From: an uncultured Holophaga sp.
GTDB taxonomy: Bacteria > Acidobacteriota > Holophagae > Holophagales > Holophagaceae
Direction of reading: 5' to 3'
Assembly: GCA_963664825.1 (NCBI GenBank)
Contig: OY761614.1
Coordinates: 704,001-768,000, forward strand
Length of the DNA stretch: 64,000 bases
This document shows, in pieces, positions 41,736 through 51,199 of this stretch; the first letter of the stretch is position 1; each line of letters starts with the position of its first letter. Under the pieces are notes generated by a model. The model saw nothing but the letters and a program-made list of their open reading frames with translations, was not told where the DNA came from and ran no database searches. Position numbers and translations under genes: made by a program.

Positions 41736-41951
41736 TCCCTGGGTGTCAGGTGCTCAGACCAGGTTGCGTCCGAAATTACACAGTGGATCAGAGATACCCG
41801 GATTTTTGGGTTTGCCACATACTCTAAAAAGTTAGGAGTCCGCGCCGTTTCATCCGGATGGCTCCGCGTTCTGCTTCATACCCAGGTTAAGGCAGACTCG
41901 GCATGGTCTCGTGGGATCACTTCTCACGCATGCCCCCCCAAGGAGACCGGA

Positions 41952-43775
41952 ATGGAAGAGAAGATGTTACCCACCCCCATTGATAAAATGTTCGAGCTTT
42001 TATGTGAGAACGAGAAAAATGCCAGTGATTTAATCAGTATAAACAGGGATCTTGTTTTAAGTAACGAAAGCCTGGCTACGGACCTGATCGTCGCCAACAA
42101 AAACCTCGCTTGGGAAAATGAGAAGCTGACTTCGGAACTGATCTTAATAAAACAGGGGATCGCCGACCACCAAGTGGGTGAAGCTCGGCGGGCCGCCGAA
42201 CTGATCGTGGCCGATCATGAACTCGGGTTCCAGCAAAGCGAAAAGCAGAAACGTGCGGAGGAATTGGAGGTCGCCAATGCGGAGCTGACGTTCCAGCAGG
42301 GAGAGAAGAGTGAAAGGGCCGCCGAACTGGTGATCGCCAACGAAGAACTTCTCTATCAGCAAGGCGAGAAGGAAAAACGCGCGGCGGAATTGGAGGTCGC
42401 CAATGTGGAGCTGATGTTCCAGCAGGGTGAGAAGAGTGAAAGGGCCGCCGAACTGGTGATCGCCAACGAAGAACTTCTCTATCAGCAAGGCGAGAAGGAA
42501 AAACGCGCGGCGGAATTCGTGCTGGTGAATAAGGAACTCACCAAAGAAGGTGGCGAAGGAAGACGCGTGGCCGACCTGGTCCTCGCCAACCGGAAGCTGG
42601 CGTCCCAAAACGAAGAACTCGAGAAAAGATCGAAGGGCTTGCTCATCGCCAATAAGGACCGGCTGGAGTTGTTGGCCAGGCTGCTCCAGTCCCAGAAACT
42701 GGAAAGTCTCGGCACCCTTGCCGGTGGCGTGGCGCACGACATGAACAATGTGCTGGGTGCTATCCTAGGCCTCGCCTCGGTGCACCTGGAAATTCAGCCG
42801 CCGGAGAGTCCTGCCTACCGGGCCTTCGAGACCATCGCAAAGGCAGCAGTCCGAGGCGGGAAAATGGCCAAGAGCCTGCTTAGTTTTGCCCGTCAAAGTC
42901 CGGCCGTGGAGAACGAACTCGACCTCAACACCCTTCTCCGCGAGGAGGTCCGGTTGCTAGAGCGCACCACCCTGGCCAAGATCCACCTCAGCATGATGCT
43001 GACGCCGGACCTGCGGCCCATCCAGGGGGATGCCAGCGCCCTGACCAACGCCTTCATGAACCTATGCGTGAATGCTGTGGACGCGATGGAGGACAACGGC
43101 AGGCTGACCCTCCGAACCCACAATGTGGACAATGACTGGATCGAGGTCGAGGTCGAAGACACGGGGCGCGGAATGACGAAGGATGTTCTGGCGAAGGCTT
43201 TGGACCCCTTCTTCACGACCAAGGCGGAGGGTAAGGGCACAGGGCTGGGACTCTCACTGGTCTACAGCACGGTGATGGCGCACCGGGGTTCCATGACCAT
43301 CCAGAGCGCGCCGGAACAAGGCACCTGTGTAAAGATCCGCTTTCCCACCAGTGAGCCCCTGATCAAGGCGATGGAACTTGAGGATGCACACCCATCCTTG
43401 CCCTTCACCCACCACCTGCAGGTGCTAGTGGTGGACGACGACGACCTAGTGAGAGGTTCCACCCAAACCATTCTGGAATTGCTGGGACATACGGTTACGG
43501 GCGTCCCTAGCGGTGAAGAAGCCTTGGAGCAATTGGCAAGCGGCTTGGTGCCCGAGGTCGTGCTCTTGGATTTGAACATGCCTGGTCTCGGCGGAGCCGA
43601 GACCTTGAGCCGGATCCGCCTCCAATACCCTGACTTGCCAATTCTCTTGGTCACGGGCCGGGTCGACCAGACCGCTTTGGATCTCGTGGGGGCCCACCCA
43701 AATGTCACGCTGCTGGCCAAGCCCTTCACCATAAAGGAACTTCAGGCCCAGTTAAAAGCCCTGGGGTGGACGTGA
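41952..43775 (+). CDS. Cytoplasmic hybrid histidine kinase / receiver with N-terminal 21-aa coiled-coil repeats
   Basis: LAGGVAHDMNN, NLCVNAVDAM, DTGRG, FFTTK, GTGLGL; receiver VVDDD...LLDLNMPG...AKPF. Confidence 0.93.
   Translation: MEEKMLPTPIDKMFELLCENEKNASDLISINRDLVLSNESLATDLIVANKNLAWENEKLTSELILIKQGIADHQVGEARRAAELIVADHELGFQQSEKQKRAEELEVANAELTFQQGEKSERAAELVIANEELLYQQGEKEKRAAELEVANVELMFQQGEKSERAAELVIANEELLYQQGEKEKRAAEFVLVNKELTKEGGEGRRVADLVLANRKLASQNEELEKRSKGLLIANKDRLELLARLLQSQKLESLGTLAGGVAHDMNNVLGAILGLASVHLEIQPPESPAYRAFETIAKAAVRGGKMAKSLLSFARQSPAVENELDLNTLLREEVRLLERTTLAKIHLSMMLTPDLRPIQGDASALTNAFMNLCVNAVDAMEDNGRLTLRTHNVDNDWIEVEVEDTGRGMTKDVLAKALDPFFTTKAEGKGTGLGLSLVYSTVMAHRGSMTIQSAPEQGTCVKIRFPTSEPLIKAMELEDAHPSLPFTHHLQVLVVDDDDLVRGSTQTILELLGHTVTGVPSGEEALEQLASGLVPEVVLLDLNMPGLGGAETLSRIRLQYPDLPILLVTGRVDQTALDLVGAHPNVTLLAKPFTIKELQAQLKALGWT
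42261..42517 (+). repeat. 126-bp tandem duplication (63-bp base unit) inside the kinase
   Basis: GAATTGGAGGTCGCCAATG at 42261 and 42387; GAATT again at 42513. Confidence 0.9.
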
Positions 43776-43813
43776 ATTCCGGCTCTTCGCTGAATTGTGT
43801 GGGTAGGGCCTCT

Positions 43814-44180
43814 GGGTATCTGCCCCTGGAGCGACAGGCGGGCCATCTCCTGTTCCATCTGGTGCGCCGCCGCTATGAGAAGGGCAGCCTGCTGCTCACC
43901 AGCAACCAGCCCATCGAAGCCTGGGGCGAGATGCTGGGCGATAAGATCGTGGCGACCGCCATCCTGGACCGCCTGCTGCACCACAGCCATGTCCTGAGCA
44001 TCAAGGGCGACAGCTATCGCCTGCGAGAGAAACGCCGAGCCGGGATAGTCCCGGCACCGGAAGCCGTGGCCCCATAATCGCCGCGCCCGATGGGGCGCCC
44101 TCCGCTTCGGCCTACGCCCTCCGCTCCGGGCACCCCATCGGATTCACAACCAACAGGGGGTCAATATTCGTGTCGTCGGG
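43814..44180 (+). pseudogene. istB: IS21-family remnant (IstB C-terminus plus truncated end)
   Basis: GYLPL...RRYEKGSLLLTSN...AILDRLLHH..VLSIKGDSYR (stop 44077); GGGGTCAATATTCGTGTCG end cut off by the Mu-like end at 44181. Confidence 0.85.
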
Positions 44181-44355
44181 TGTAGCGCGGCAAAATGAAC
44201 CATCATAAGTCCGTCAGAATGATTGGTCGTTTCCAAACATTTTGACGGGTTGGCCTATCAGCCTCGGTTTCCACAACGACTGCGGAACCAAGCGCGAGAA
44301 AGCCCCGAAGCGCTGATGTCCGGAGGTTTCCTGGGGTGCTGCGATATGCGGGCAG

Positions 44356-44871
44356 TCAGATCCCAAGGATGGCATCCTTGTCCGTCGCCACGATCCACGC
44401 CCGCTGAGCCTCGTAGGTCGCAACGGGGATCAGGCCCGCTGCTAGGAGGTTGGCGCGGTAGAGGACAGAGTAGGACGCCACGGGCACCACGAGTGCTGGA
44501 CGCCCCGTTTCGGCCAGCGCGGCAGTGGTCCAGGCCGCCTCAGCATCGGCCTCGCTGATCTGCGGGTTGGCCTTGATCGCGTCGATGGAGGCGGCCTTCC
44601 CCGCGAAACGCTCGGCACGCAGGAGCTGGTCGATCGTGGAATACTGGCCAAACTCGGATGTCAGCCCCGGCCCGGCACCAATCTGGAGCGCGGCCAGCTC
44701 CTGATGCGCGGAGACGTATTGCCTCCCCGCATCCTGGGACAGGGAGCCGATCACCTGGGCGGCGTTGCCCAGGGCCGTCATTTGGCCCTTAATGGACTCC
44801 ACACGGAGGGCGGCCTGCTGGCGGCGGACCTCCTGGGCGAGAGCGGTCTGGGTGTTCTGATCGAGTGCCAT
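44356..44871 (-). CDS. Hypothetical phage protein at the right end of remnant 2
   Basis: 171-aa ORF with AGGAG RBS. Confidence 0.65.
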   Translation of the reverse strand: MALDQNTQTALAQEVRRQQAALRVESIKGQMTALGNAAQVIGSLSQDAGRQYVSAHQELAALQIGAGPGLTSEFGQYSTIDQLLRAERFAGKAASIDAIKANPQISEADAEAAWTTAALAETGRPALVVPVASYSVLYRANLLAAGLIPVATYEAQRAWIVATDKDAILGI

Positions 44872-44889
44872 AGTGGTCTCCTTGAAAGA

Positions 44890-46038
44890 TTACGTAGCGG
44901 GTTGAAGGACTTCGTCGTAGCGCGCTTTCAGGTTGTGGGAGAGCACGTCATCGCTGAAATAGGTGTGGCATCCATCCACCACGAAACTGATGACCTGCCC
45001 TTTGCCGGTGGGGATGATCGACTTCACGCGGCTCTCGCGCTGGGCGACGAGGAGATCACCAGGCTTGAGGTTGCGGACCTCTGCCCATCCCCCAGAGATC
45101 AGGGCCACGCGATGCGAGTCAGTGAATTCAGGCGCTCGGCCATCCTCCATCACTACGCACACCCGGTTGACCCAGCGCATATGGGGCTCTCGCACGGTGC
45201 CCACCGAGGGCTCCATGGTGGACTCGTCCACACCCACAACCTGCATCCCGTCGACGAGACTGCCCTTGGCGTCCATGCCTTCGGGCACGACCAGGCCGGG
45301 AGCGTCGATGAGCTTATTGGCCACCGCGATGTAGCGGCTCTGCTCGATATCGCCGGAATCCGCCGGGTAGGTGAGCATCAGCCGGTCGTGGGCATAGCGG
45401 GGATAATCCCGGTACGTGGCATAGGCCACGGCCACCTTGACCCGCGTCCACCGAGGCACGGTGCGGCCCCTGCCCAGGCCCCAGGGATTGCGGAAGTGGC
45501 TCCCATGCCGGTGCAGGATCAGCTTCCCAGGCTCCCAGACCCGCCCATTCACCGTGGGCGTCCGGTCCACGTCGAAGTTCAGGTAGAAGGGATCGAAGCT
45601 CTCCAGCTCCTGGGGCATCAGGTGGCCCTTGCGAACCTCCCAATGCACCTCCACGGGCACGAGGCCGTAGTAGCTGGCCTTGGCCAGTTCCTCGAAGTCC
45701 TCGATCAGGTTGAGCCCTTCCAGGGCCTCCCGGACGAGGTCCGTCACGGCCGTGGGAGTCCCAGGGCCAGGCTCCAGCGTCCAGGGCAGGCTGGAAACCA
45801 CTTGGCAGCGCAGATCCAGGCAGGCGGCGGCCTTGGGATCCCGCAGGGCGTCATGCAGCTCCTGCCACTGTCCAAGTCGATCCGTGCCGGTGTCCAGGTT
45901 CGGGTTCAAAAACCCCCCCGGAGAAAGCCAGGGAATGGCCGGGTCCGTCTCCTGGAGCACATCCAGGCGCTGGGGCTGGCTGGGCTGAGCCGCGAGAAGC
46001 GCGGGTAGGCTGCGAAGGCGAGTCCAGAGGCTGCTCAT
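44890..46038 (-). CDS. Chimeric ORF: Mu gp29/DUF935-like portal N-terminus fused to a C-terminal Hint domain
   Basis: Portal-like RDPKAAACLDLR, YYGLVPVEVHW, NPWGLG; Hint-like WAEVRNLKPGD...VDGCHTYFSDDVLSHN. Confidence 0.75.
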   Translation of the reverse strand: MSSLWTRLRSLPALLAAQPSQPQRLDVLQETDPAIPWLSPGGFLNPNLDTGTDRLGQWQELHDALRDPKAAACLDLRCQVVSSLPWTLEPGPGTPTAVTDLVREALEGLNLIEDFEELAKASYYGLVPVEVHWEVRKGHLMPQELESFDPFYLNFDVDRTPTVNGRVWEPGKLILHRHGSHFRNPWGLGRGRTVPRWTRVKVAVAYATYRDYPRYAHDRLMLTYPADSGDIEQSRYIAVANKLIDAPGLVVPEGMDAKGSLVDGMQVVGVDESTMEPSVGTVREPHMRWVNRVCVVMEDGRAPEFTDSHRVALISGGWAEVRNLKPGDLLVAQRESRVKSIIPTGKGQVISFVVDGCHTYFSDDVLSHNLKARYDEVLQPAT

Positions 46039-47690
46039 TCAACCACCCCACTGCGCATGCCCAGGGCCGCTCCGCCGAAGGGACGCTTCTTGAAGCGACC
46101 GCCCGTAGCGCCCTGGAGGGCATCGGGGCCGTCGTCGTTGGGCCCCTTCGGGAACTGGAGGAGCTGCTCCTTCAGCTTCCGGATCCCCGACGCGCCCCCA
46201 TTGGCCATGGGTTCGATGGAGCCATTGCCCAGGGCCGCCGGACTCAGCCGGGGGAACCGGATCCGGCCCGTATCCACGGCGGGCGCCATGCTCTCGATGC
46301 GGGCGGTCTTCTCACCCTTGGGGGGCACCGTCGCAATGGCCAGAAAGATCCCTTCCTGGTCTGCCAGCAGCGCCACGATATCGGCCAGGGATTCCTGGTA
46401 GGCCACGGATTCAGCCTGGATGCGCCCGCCGTAGGTCTCCCGCTGGGCCAGAATGGCCTTGCCCGTCGCCGTGGGGCCAAGCTTCCTGATAACGGCATCC
46501 AGCACGTAGCAGACGCCCTCGGAGAATCCCACGGTCACCAGGGCCGTAAAGTCCCCGCGTTTCTTGCCCAGGGCCGGGTCGATATGGGTCACCAGGGTGA
46601 GCCGCTCGGGAAGCCGGTCGTACTCGTCAAAATGTTTGAAAGGTTTCGCGTCGTCGCCCTGGGCGCGGTTCTCCATCTCCTGGCTGAAGCTGCCCGGATC
46701 CTCGGCGTCCATCTTGGAACGCAGCCAGCGCAGGTGCTTCCCGGGGAAGCGCTCGGGCCAGAGGGGATTCTCGTCCTCGTCCCAGCAGCGCCAGATGGCG
46801 CCCCCGAAGGTGTGCAGCAGGGACATGAGCAGGCTGTCGTCGTGCAGGACCGTGCCCAGGCAGAGCAACGATCCCCGGGTGGGATCCAGCGCCGGGATCA
46901 CGGCCTTGATGAACCAGCCCCGGAGCTTCTTGCGGCGGGCCGGGCTCTCCACGGCCTCGTCGTTCTCCACGTCGTCCATCACCACCAGGTCCGGACGGCG
47001 GCCCTGGAACGTGCGACCACGGAGCTTCTGGCCCGAGCCGAAGGCCTGGAGGCGAGCGTGCTTGAAGGGGGGCTTCTCGCCCCCTGCCCTTGCGGGAATC
47101 ACCAGGTCTAGGACGCCCTCGGGGCCTTCCGCATGGATCTGCCCATAGTCCGTGCGGATGCGGGGGCTCTCCTCAAGCACCAGGCGCACAGCCTCCACAA
47201 AGCCCTTGGCCTGGTCGAAGGTGTCGCTCACGGCCTGGGCATAGCCCTTGCGGCCCTCCAGGAGGCACCACGCCAGGAAGGCGATGGTCCCCCAGGTGCT
47301 CTTAGCATGGCCACGGGGCGCGGCCAGGACGGCGGCATGGATGTCCGGCGTCTCCTCCCCTTCTTCCACCTGGCGCGGCACCAGCTCCCCGAAGGGACCC
47401 GGATCCACGGGCACCGGCTCCCGGCCCTCGGCCAGGGCCTGGCAGGTGGCCGCCAGGGCTTCATGCAGGGCGCATCCGTTCCCCTGGATCAGCTCGGGAA
47501 GGTAGGTCCGAGCGAAGAAGGTGAAGTCCTGGTGGGCGCGGGCGCGGCGGCGCATGCCGCCCTCGGGGGTGCGCTCGGAGACCGGGAAGTCCTCCATCTC
47601 CCGCAGTCGGGAGATCAGCTCCTCCAGCTGCTGGGCAGCCTTTCGAGCCTGCGCCTTGCTGGCGCGGGGAATGGAGACGCGGGAAGCCAT
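46035..47690 (-). CDS. Terminase large subunit
   Basis: APRGHAKST Walker A, RPDLVVMDDVEND Walker B, IDPA and FPKGPNDDGPDAL nuclease motifs. Confidence 0.92.
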   Translation of the reverse strand: MASRVSIPRASKAQARKAAQQLEELISRLREMEDFPVSERTPEGGMRRRARAHQDFTFFARTYLPELIQGNGCALHEALAATCQALAEGREPVPVDPGPFGELVPRQVEEGEETPDIHAAVLAAPRGHAKSTWGTIAFLAWCLLEGRKGYAQAVSDTFDQAKGFVEAVRLVLEESPRIRTDYGQIHAEGPEGVLDLVIPARAGGEKPPFKHARLQAFGSGQKLRGRTFQGRRPDLVVMDDVENDEAVESPARRKKLRGWFIKAVIPALDPTRGSLLCLGTVLHDDSLLMSLLHTFGGAIWRCWDEDENPLWPERFPGKHLRWLRSKMDAEDPGSFSQEMENRAQGDDAKPFKHFDEYDRLPERLTLVTHIDPALGKKRGDFTALVTVGFSEGVCYVLDAVIRKLGPTATGKAILAQRETYGGRIQAESVAYQESLADIVALLADQEGIFLAIATVPPKGEKTARIESMAPAVDTGRIRFPRLSPAALGNGSIEPMANGGASGIRKLKEQLLQFPKGPNDDGPDALQGATGGRFKKRPFGGAALGMRSGVVE

Positions 47691-47929
47691 CAGCGGCGGC
47701 CCTTCCGGCGGGGCTGAAGCTCATCGGCGGCTGCGGTCGCATACCAGGCGGCCTTCCGGAGATCCTCAGCCGCAGGGCCCTTGAGTCCGGCCCGCCAGGC
47801 GTATTTCACGACAGCACCCCGGCAGTAGGCCTGGAAGCCTTCCGGCCCGAGGGCCGCCTTCAGGGCCTCGATGCACTCGATGTCGCCTTGGGTGTAGTGG
47901 CTGGGATGATTGATGAGATCGGCTTTCAT
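47690..47929 (-). CDS. DUF3310-like phage protein
   Basis: INHPSHYTQGDIECIEA...KYAWRAGLKG..EDLRKAAWY. Confidence 0.88.
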   Translation of the reverse strand: MKADLINHPSHYTQGDIECIEALKAALGPEGFQAYCRGAVVKYAWRAGLKGPAAEDLRKAAWYATAAADELQPRRKGRR

Positions 47930-48078
47930 GGCTTTTCCTTGTCGGGATCACGGAAGGGGCAGTCGTCAAAGGCGGCGCCGCAGGAATCCAGCACGCGGCA
48001 GACCCGGCACTCGGGGGCCACCGTGGCGGCCAGGAAGTGGTTCACGTCAGGCTCTGGAGGCAGCAGCGGCACGCTCAC
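47926..48078 (-). CDS. 50-aa Cys-rich phage protein
   Basis: GTG start; CRVC..C..CPF; 4-nt overlaps with both neighbours. Confidence 0.6.
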   Translation of the reverse strand: MSVPLLPPEPDVNHFLAATVAPECRVCRVLDSCGAAFDDCPFRDPDKEKP

Positions 48079-48572
48079 ACGGACCTCCGCTGCATTTCAT
48101 CCAGGAAGCCCTTCCAGGCCTCCAGCAGGGCCGGAGCCTCCTCCGGGCATTCCTTCAACACGAAGGCCTGGAACTCCTCACCCACCACCAGCGCGGCATC
48201 CATGAGCCGGTAGCCCTGGCGTTTGGCGATCATGAGCTTGAATTTGTTGACGTTGCCAAGGAGGCTCAGCAGGTCGGGAATGGGCAGGTCGTCGCCATCC
48301 CGGTCCAGGCGGCCCAGGAGGCGGCGCAGGGCCCGCTCCTCCAGGTCATCCAGGGCCATGCCATGGACCTGGAGCCAGCTTTCCCGCGCCTCCCGCCAGT
48401 GCCCTTCCTTGGCCCAGGCCTGCACTGTGCGGGAGCTGCATCCGATCGCCTCGGACACCTGGTCAGGCGTCTTGGCATCCTCAATGAAGAGGCGCCGTGC
48501 CTTCGCCCGATCCTCGTCCGTCCAGCGGGTATTGCCATGGGGTTTTGCCGGGGGCTGGGGCTTGGGCTTCAT
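48075..48572 (-). CDS. DUF1804-like HTH protein (putative Mu-type small terminase)
   Basis: ARRLFIE...VSEAIGCSSRTVQAWAKEGHW; position upstream of TerL. Confidence 0.65.
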   Translation of the reverse strand: MKPKPQPPAKPHGNTRWTDEDRAKARRLFIEDAKTPDQVSEAIGCSSRTVQAWAKEGHWREARESWLQVHGMALDDLEERALRRLLGRLDRDGDDLPIPDLLSLLGNVNKFKLMIAKRQGYRLMDAALVVGEEFQAFVLKECPEEAPALLEAWKGFLDEMQRRSV

Positions 48573-48886
48573 GGCCGAGCCGCTTTCTTGGCAAATTCAA
48601 GAAGCGTTGCCTGGAGGGTCTGTCCCATGGCATCCAGGCGGCCTTCCATGCGGACGGCCAGCGCTTCCAGGCGATCGCGCATCTCGTCGCCCGTCGGCAG
48701 GGCTTCCATGCCCTTCTTGAGCACGGAGACGAGGGTTTCCAGGTGCTGGACCTTCCGCTCCAGTTCGTTGATCTTGGCCCACTGGGCCCTGGCGTCGGAC
48801 TTGGCCTGGGCTCGAAAAGCTCCCCAGATGGCGATGGAGATCATGGCCAGGAGGGCGGCCAAGGCGATCCAGTCGGCGGGTTTCAT
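48569..48886 (-). CDS. Membrane-anchored coiled-coil phage protein
   Basis: N-terminal TM helix plus coiled coil, between holin and small terminase as in Mu-like phages. Confidence 0.6.
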   Translation of the reverse strand: MKPADWIALAALLAMISIAIWGAFRAQAKSDARAQWAKINELERKVQHLETLVSVLKKGMEALPTGDEMRDRLEALAVRMEGRLDAMGQTLQATLLEFAKKAARP

Positions 48887-49357
48887 TCATCCCCCGCCGC
48901 AGGCTTGGACTTGAAGAGGAGCGCATCCTTGGCCCGGCTACCGCTGGAGGAGCCGTAGTAGTAGTTCACACAGCCGACCCAGGCCGTGCCCAGGGAGCCG
49001 AGCATCGTATAGACGCTGGCCTTGTTGGAGTCCGGGATGGGCCGGATGAGCAGGAACACCAGCAGCCCGAAGAACCCCACCGTGATGGCATAGAACCCGA
49101 TGGCCGGGACATGGTCCCGCACGGACATCTCACGTTTGCGGGCGCTGTCCCGGTCGCTGGCGGCGATCTGCTCCAGGTCCACCAGCTGCTTGAAGCCCAT
49201 GGCCTGCATGCGCTCCTCGTGCTCCTGCTCGGCCTGATTCAGGGCCAGGAACTGGTCCCCGGTGAGGGAGCCCGCTGCGGCCATCTGGGCGGCCTTCTGG
49301 GCGTTCTCCAGGCTGGGAGCCAGGCCCGTGGCTTTGCAGACGGCCTCCACGGCGATA
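48883..49357 (-). pseudogene. Holin-like protein, 5'-truncated by IS256
   Basis: DRDSARKREM, two TM helices, YYYGSSSGS. Confidence 0.7.
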
Positions 49358-50044
49358 GAGTCCCATCAAGTGGTGTAGCAGTGGTTCAGTGAGAGGTGGC
49401 CACCGGTTCCGTAAGGTGAGGTTTGCGAACTTACCGAACGGAGAGACCGATGGCCATCAATAGGGTGTCTGGGCTGGAAGCCCTGAGCAAGGTTTTGGAG
49501 GAGGGGAACGGTGATTTCCTGCGGCGTGTGCTGCTGATGGGGCTGGAGGCGGTGATGGAGTCCGACGTTTCGGGGCTCTGCCAAGCGGGCCCTGGGGAGC
49601 GGACGCCGTCACGGGAGAACCACCGAAACGGCTACCGCGACCGGGAACTGGAAACGCGGCTGGGCACGCTGCCGCTGGCCATCCCAAAGCTCCGGCAGGG
49701 CAGCTACTTCCCGAACTTCCTGGAGCCGCGCCGTCGGTGGGAACAGGCCTTCGTGAACGTGGCGGCAGAGGCCTACGTCGCGGGCGTGAGCACGCGAAAG
49801 GTCGAGGCGTTGGTGGAGGCCCTAGGCTGCCGGGGGATGTCGAAGTCCGAGGTCTCCCGGCTGGCGCAGGAGTTGGATGCGGAGGTGGAGGCGTTCCGGA
49901 ACCGCCCGCTGGAAGGTTCTTTCCGCTACCTCTGGCTGGACGCCCTCTATCCGAAGGTTCGGGAAGGCGGGCGCGTGGTAGGGCTGGCGGTGATGGTGGC
50001 CATGGCCGTGAATGCGGAGGGTAAACGCGAGGTGCTGGGGCTGG
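49358..50044 (+). mobile_element. IS256-family element, 3'-truncated (transposase ATG at 49450)
   Basis: RNGYRDRELETRLG, PKLRQGSYFP, GVSTRKV, YLWLDA; similarity stops at GKREVLGL. Confidence 0.88.
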
Positions 50045-50452
50045 GTTCGCCTGTGCATATCGAATTGGGCGCTTTCCAGTGCTTTGCGTTCAGATACGCC
50101 CCGGCATCGCCGCATTGGGACACGATCAAGATCCGGATGCGTTCCCAAAATTCATCTGGAGTCTTGGACGTTTTGGACATTGGAAAATGTCTGGACCTCT
50201 AAGTTGAAGCCCCCGCCATGATTGGCTCTCGGACGTTTCGGTCATTCCAACATTCTCCTGTAATGAACCGCATGGTTTGGCACGTCACTACTGATTGTTC
50301 TGGTGCGCCAAAGCAATCGAACCATGACGCGCCTTCACTCGGTTTGGGAAACGCCACTGAAATCCAGTCCCACAGCAAGAATGAGACTGCCGTATGGGCG
50401 ATTTGCCCCCAACAATAAAATATGGGTAGAAGGATGGGTTGACATAGCAATG

Positions 50453-50489
50453 AATCGTCAAGTCACCTTTTAACAGTGACTTGGCGATT
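50453..50489 (-). terminator. Hairpin downstream of tRNA-Ser
   Basis: AATCGTCAAGTCAC...GTGACTTGGCGATT. Confidence 0.6.
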
Positions 50490-50493
50490 GTTT

Positions 50494-50583
50494 TGGCGGA
50501 GAGATAGGGATTCGAACCCCAGTTACGGTCACCCGTAAACCTGATTTCGAGTCAGGCGCATTCGACCACTCTGCCATCTCTCC
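50494..50583 (-). tRNA. tRNA-Ser(CGA)
   Basis: GGAGAGATGGCAGAGTGG...CCTGA-CTCGAAA-TCAGG, long variable arm, GGTTCGAATCC, encoded CCA. Confidence 0.97.
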
Positions 50584-50845
50584 AGGCGCAGAATCATATC
50601 AGGATTCCGGCTTCCGCTGGAGGGGCACTCCACAATCCTGGATACAGGAGGCCTGGATGACGATTTCGCAAGGGGCGGCGCTTTGGGCTACCCGGCGCTG
50701 ATGCCCCGAGCCGCGCCTCCGGAGGCTACAGGGCGAACATGGCTGGGCGGTTTCGCCGTTCAGACTGTAGCGCGGCAAAATGAATCGTATGGAATCCGTC
50801 AGAATGATTGGTAGACTTCAAACATTCTGACGGCTCAGCCTACGG

Positions 50846-51184
50846 TCACTCCTTCACCGCCGCTAAATCGGCCCGGATTTCGATATCCAGGAGCGCCTCC
50901 CATAGCCCCCCAAGGGTTGTTTGGGTGCCATTCCCCAGGGTTATGACCGTCGCCAAGATTGCAGCGGTTTTAGACACATCCAGGGACAGCCAGTGGGCGT
51001 TCATCCCCAGAGCCAGGGGTGTTGTCTGCCCGTTCGCCCCAACTGCGAACTTATCATCAGCGTAAGCCAGGGTCAGAGAATGCTGGGACGTCCCATCGGG
51101 CATCTGGAGGCGGTTGACGCTCCAGTTGGTGGCTATGGTCTCCGTGACGATGTTCTCTGTCGTGGTGGTGGTTTGTGCGGCCAT
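50846..51184 (-). CDS. Hypothetical phage protein downstream of the tail-fibre fragment
   Basis: 112-aa ORF with GAGG RBS. Confidence 0.6.
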   Translation of the reverse strand: MAAQTTTTTENIVTETIATNWSVNRLQMPDGTSQHSLTLAYADDKFAVGANGQTTPLALGMNAHWLSLDVSKTAAILATVITLGNGTQTTLGGLWEALLDIEIRADLAAVKE

Positions 51185-51199
51185 GTGGGTTCCTCTTTG

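Larger units (their letters stand above)
44181..49357 (-). mobile_element. Mu-like prophage remnant 2 (right end through holin; internally deleted, truncated by IS256)
   Basis: Mu-like end at 44181; holin, small-terminase-like, TerL and portal gene order. Confidence 0.88.

Noticed and set aside
41486..41818. 110-aa minus-strand ORF as a real gene
   Set aside because: No RBS or motif; another frame over the same DNA shows a degenerate IS1634-like fragment.
42180..42520. 63/126-bp repeats as a CRISPR array
   Set aside because: In-frame coding repeats with no unique spacers.
44890..45275. Functional intein in the portal gene
   Set aside because: No N-terminal Cys/Ser block, Leu follows His-Asn, and no portal C-extein follows.
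49423..50202. Complete IS256 transposase
   Set aside because: Similarity ends near 50044; the remaining codons are read-through into unrelated DNA and no right end is seen.
37700..50494. attL/attR duplication of the tRNA-Ser 3' end
   Set aside because: No second copy of the tRNA 3' sequence and no integrase found by eye in the window.
41374..50835. Repeated TGTAGCGCGGCAAAATGAA as a CRISPR repeat or integron attC
   Set aside because: Copies are kilobases apart, there are no cas or integron integrase genes, and one copy pairs with a terminus and a 5-bp duplication.
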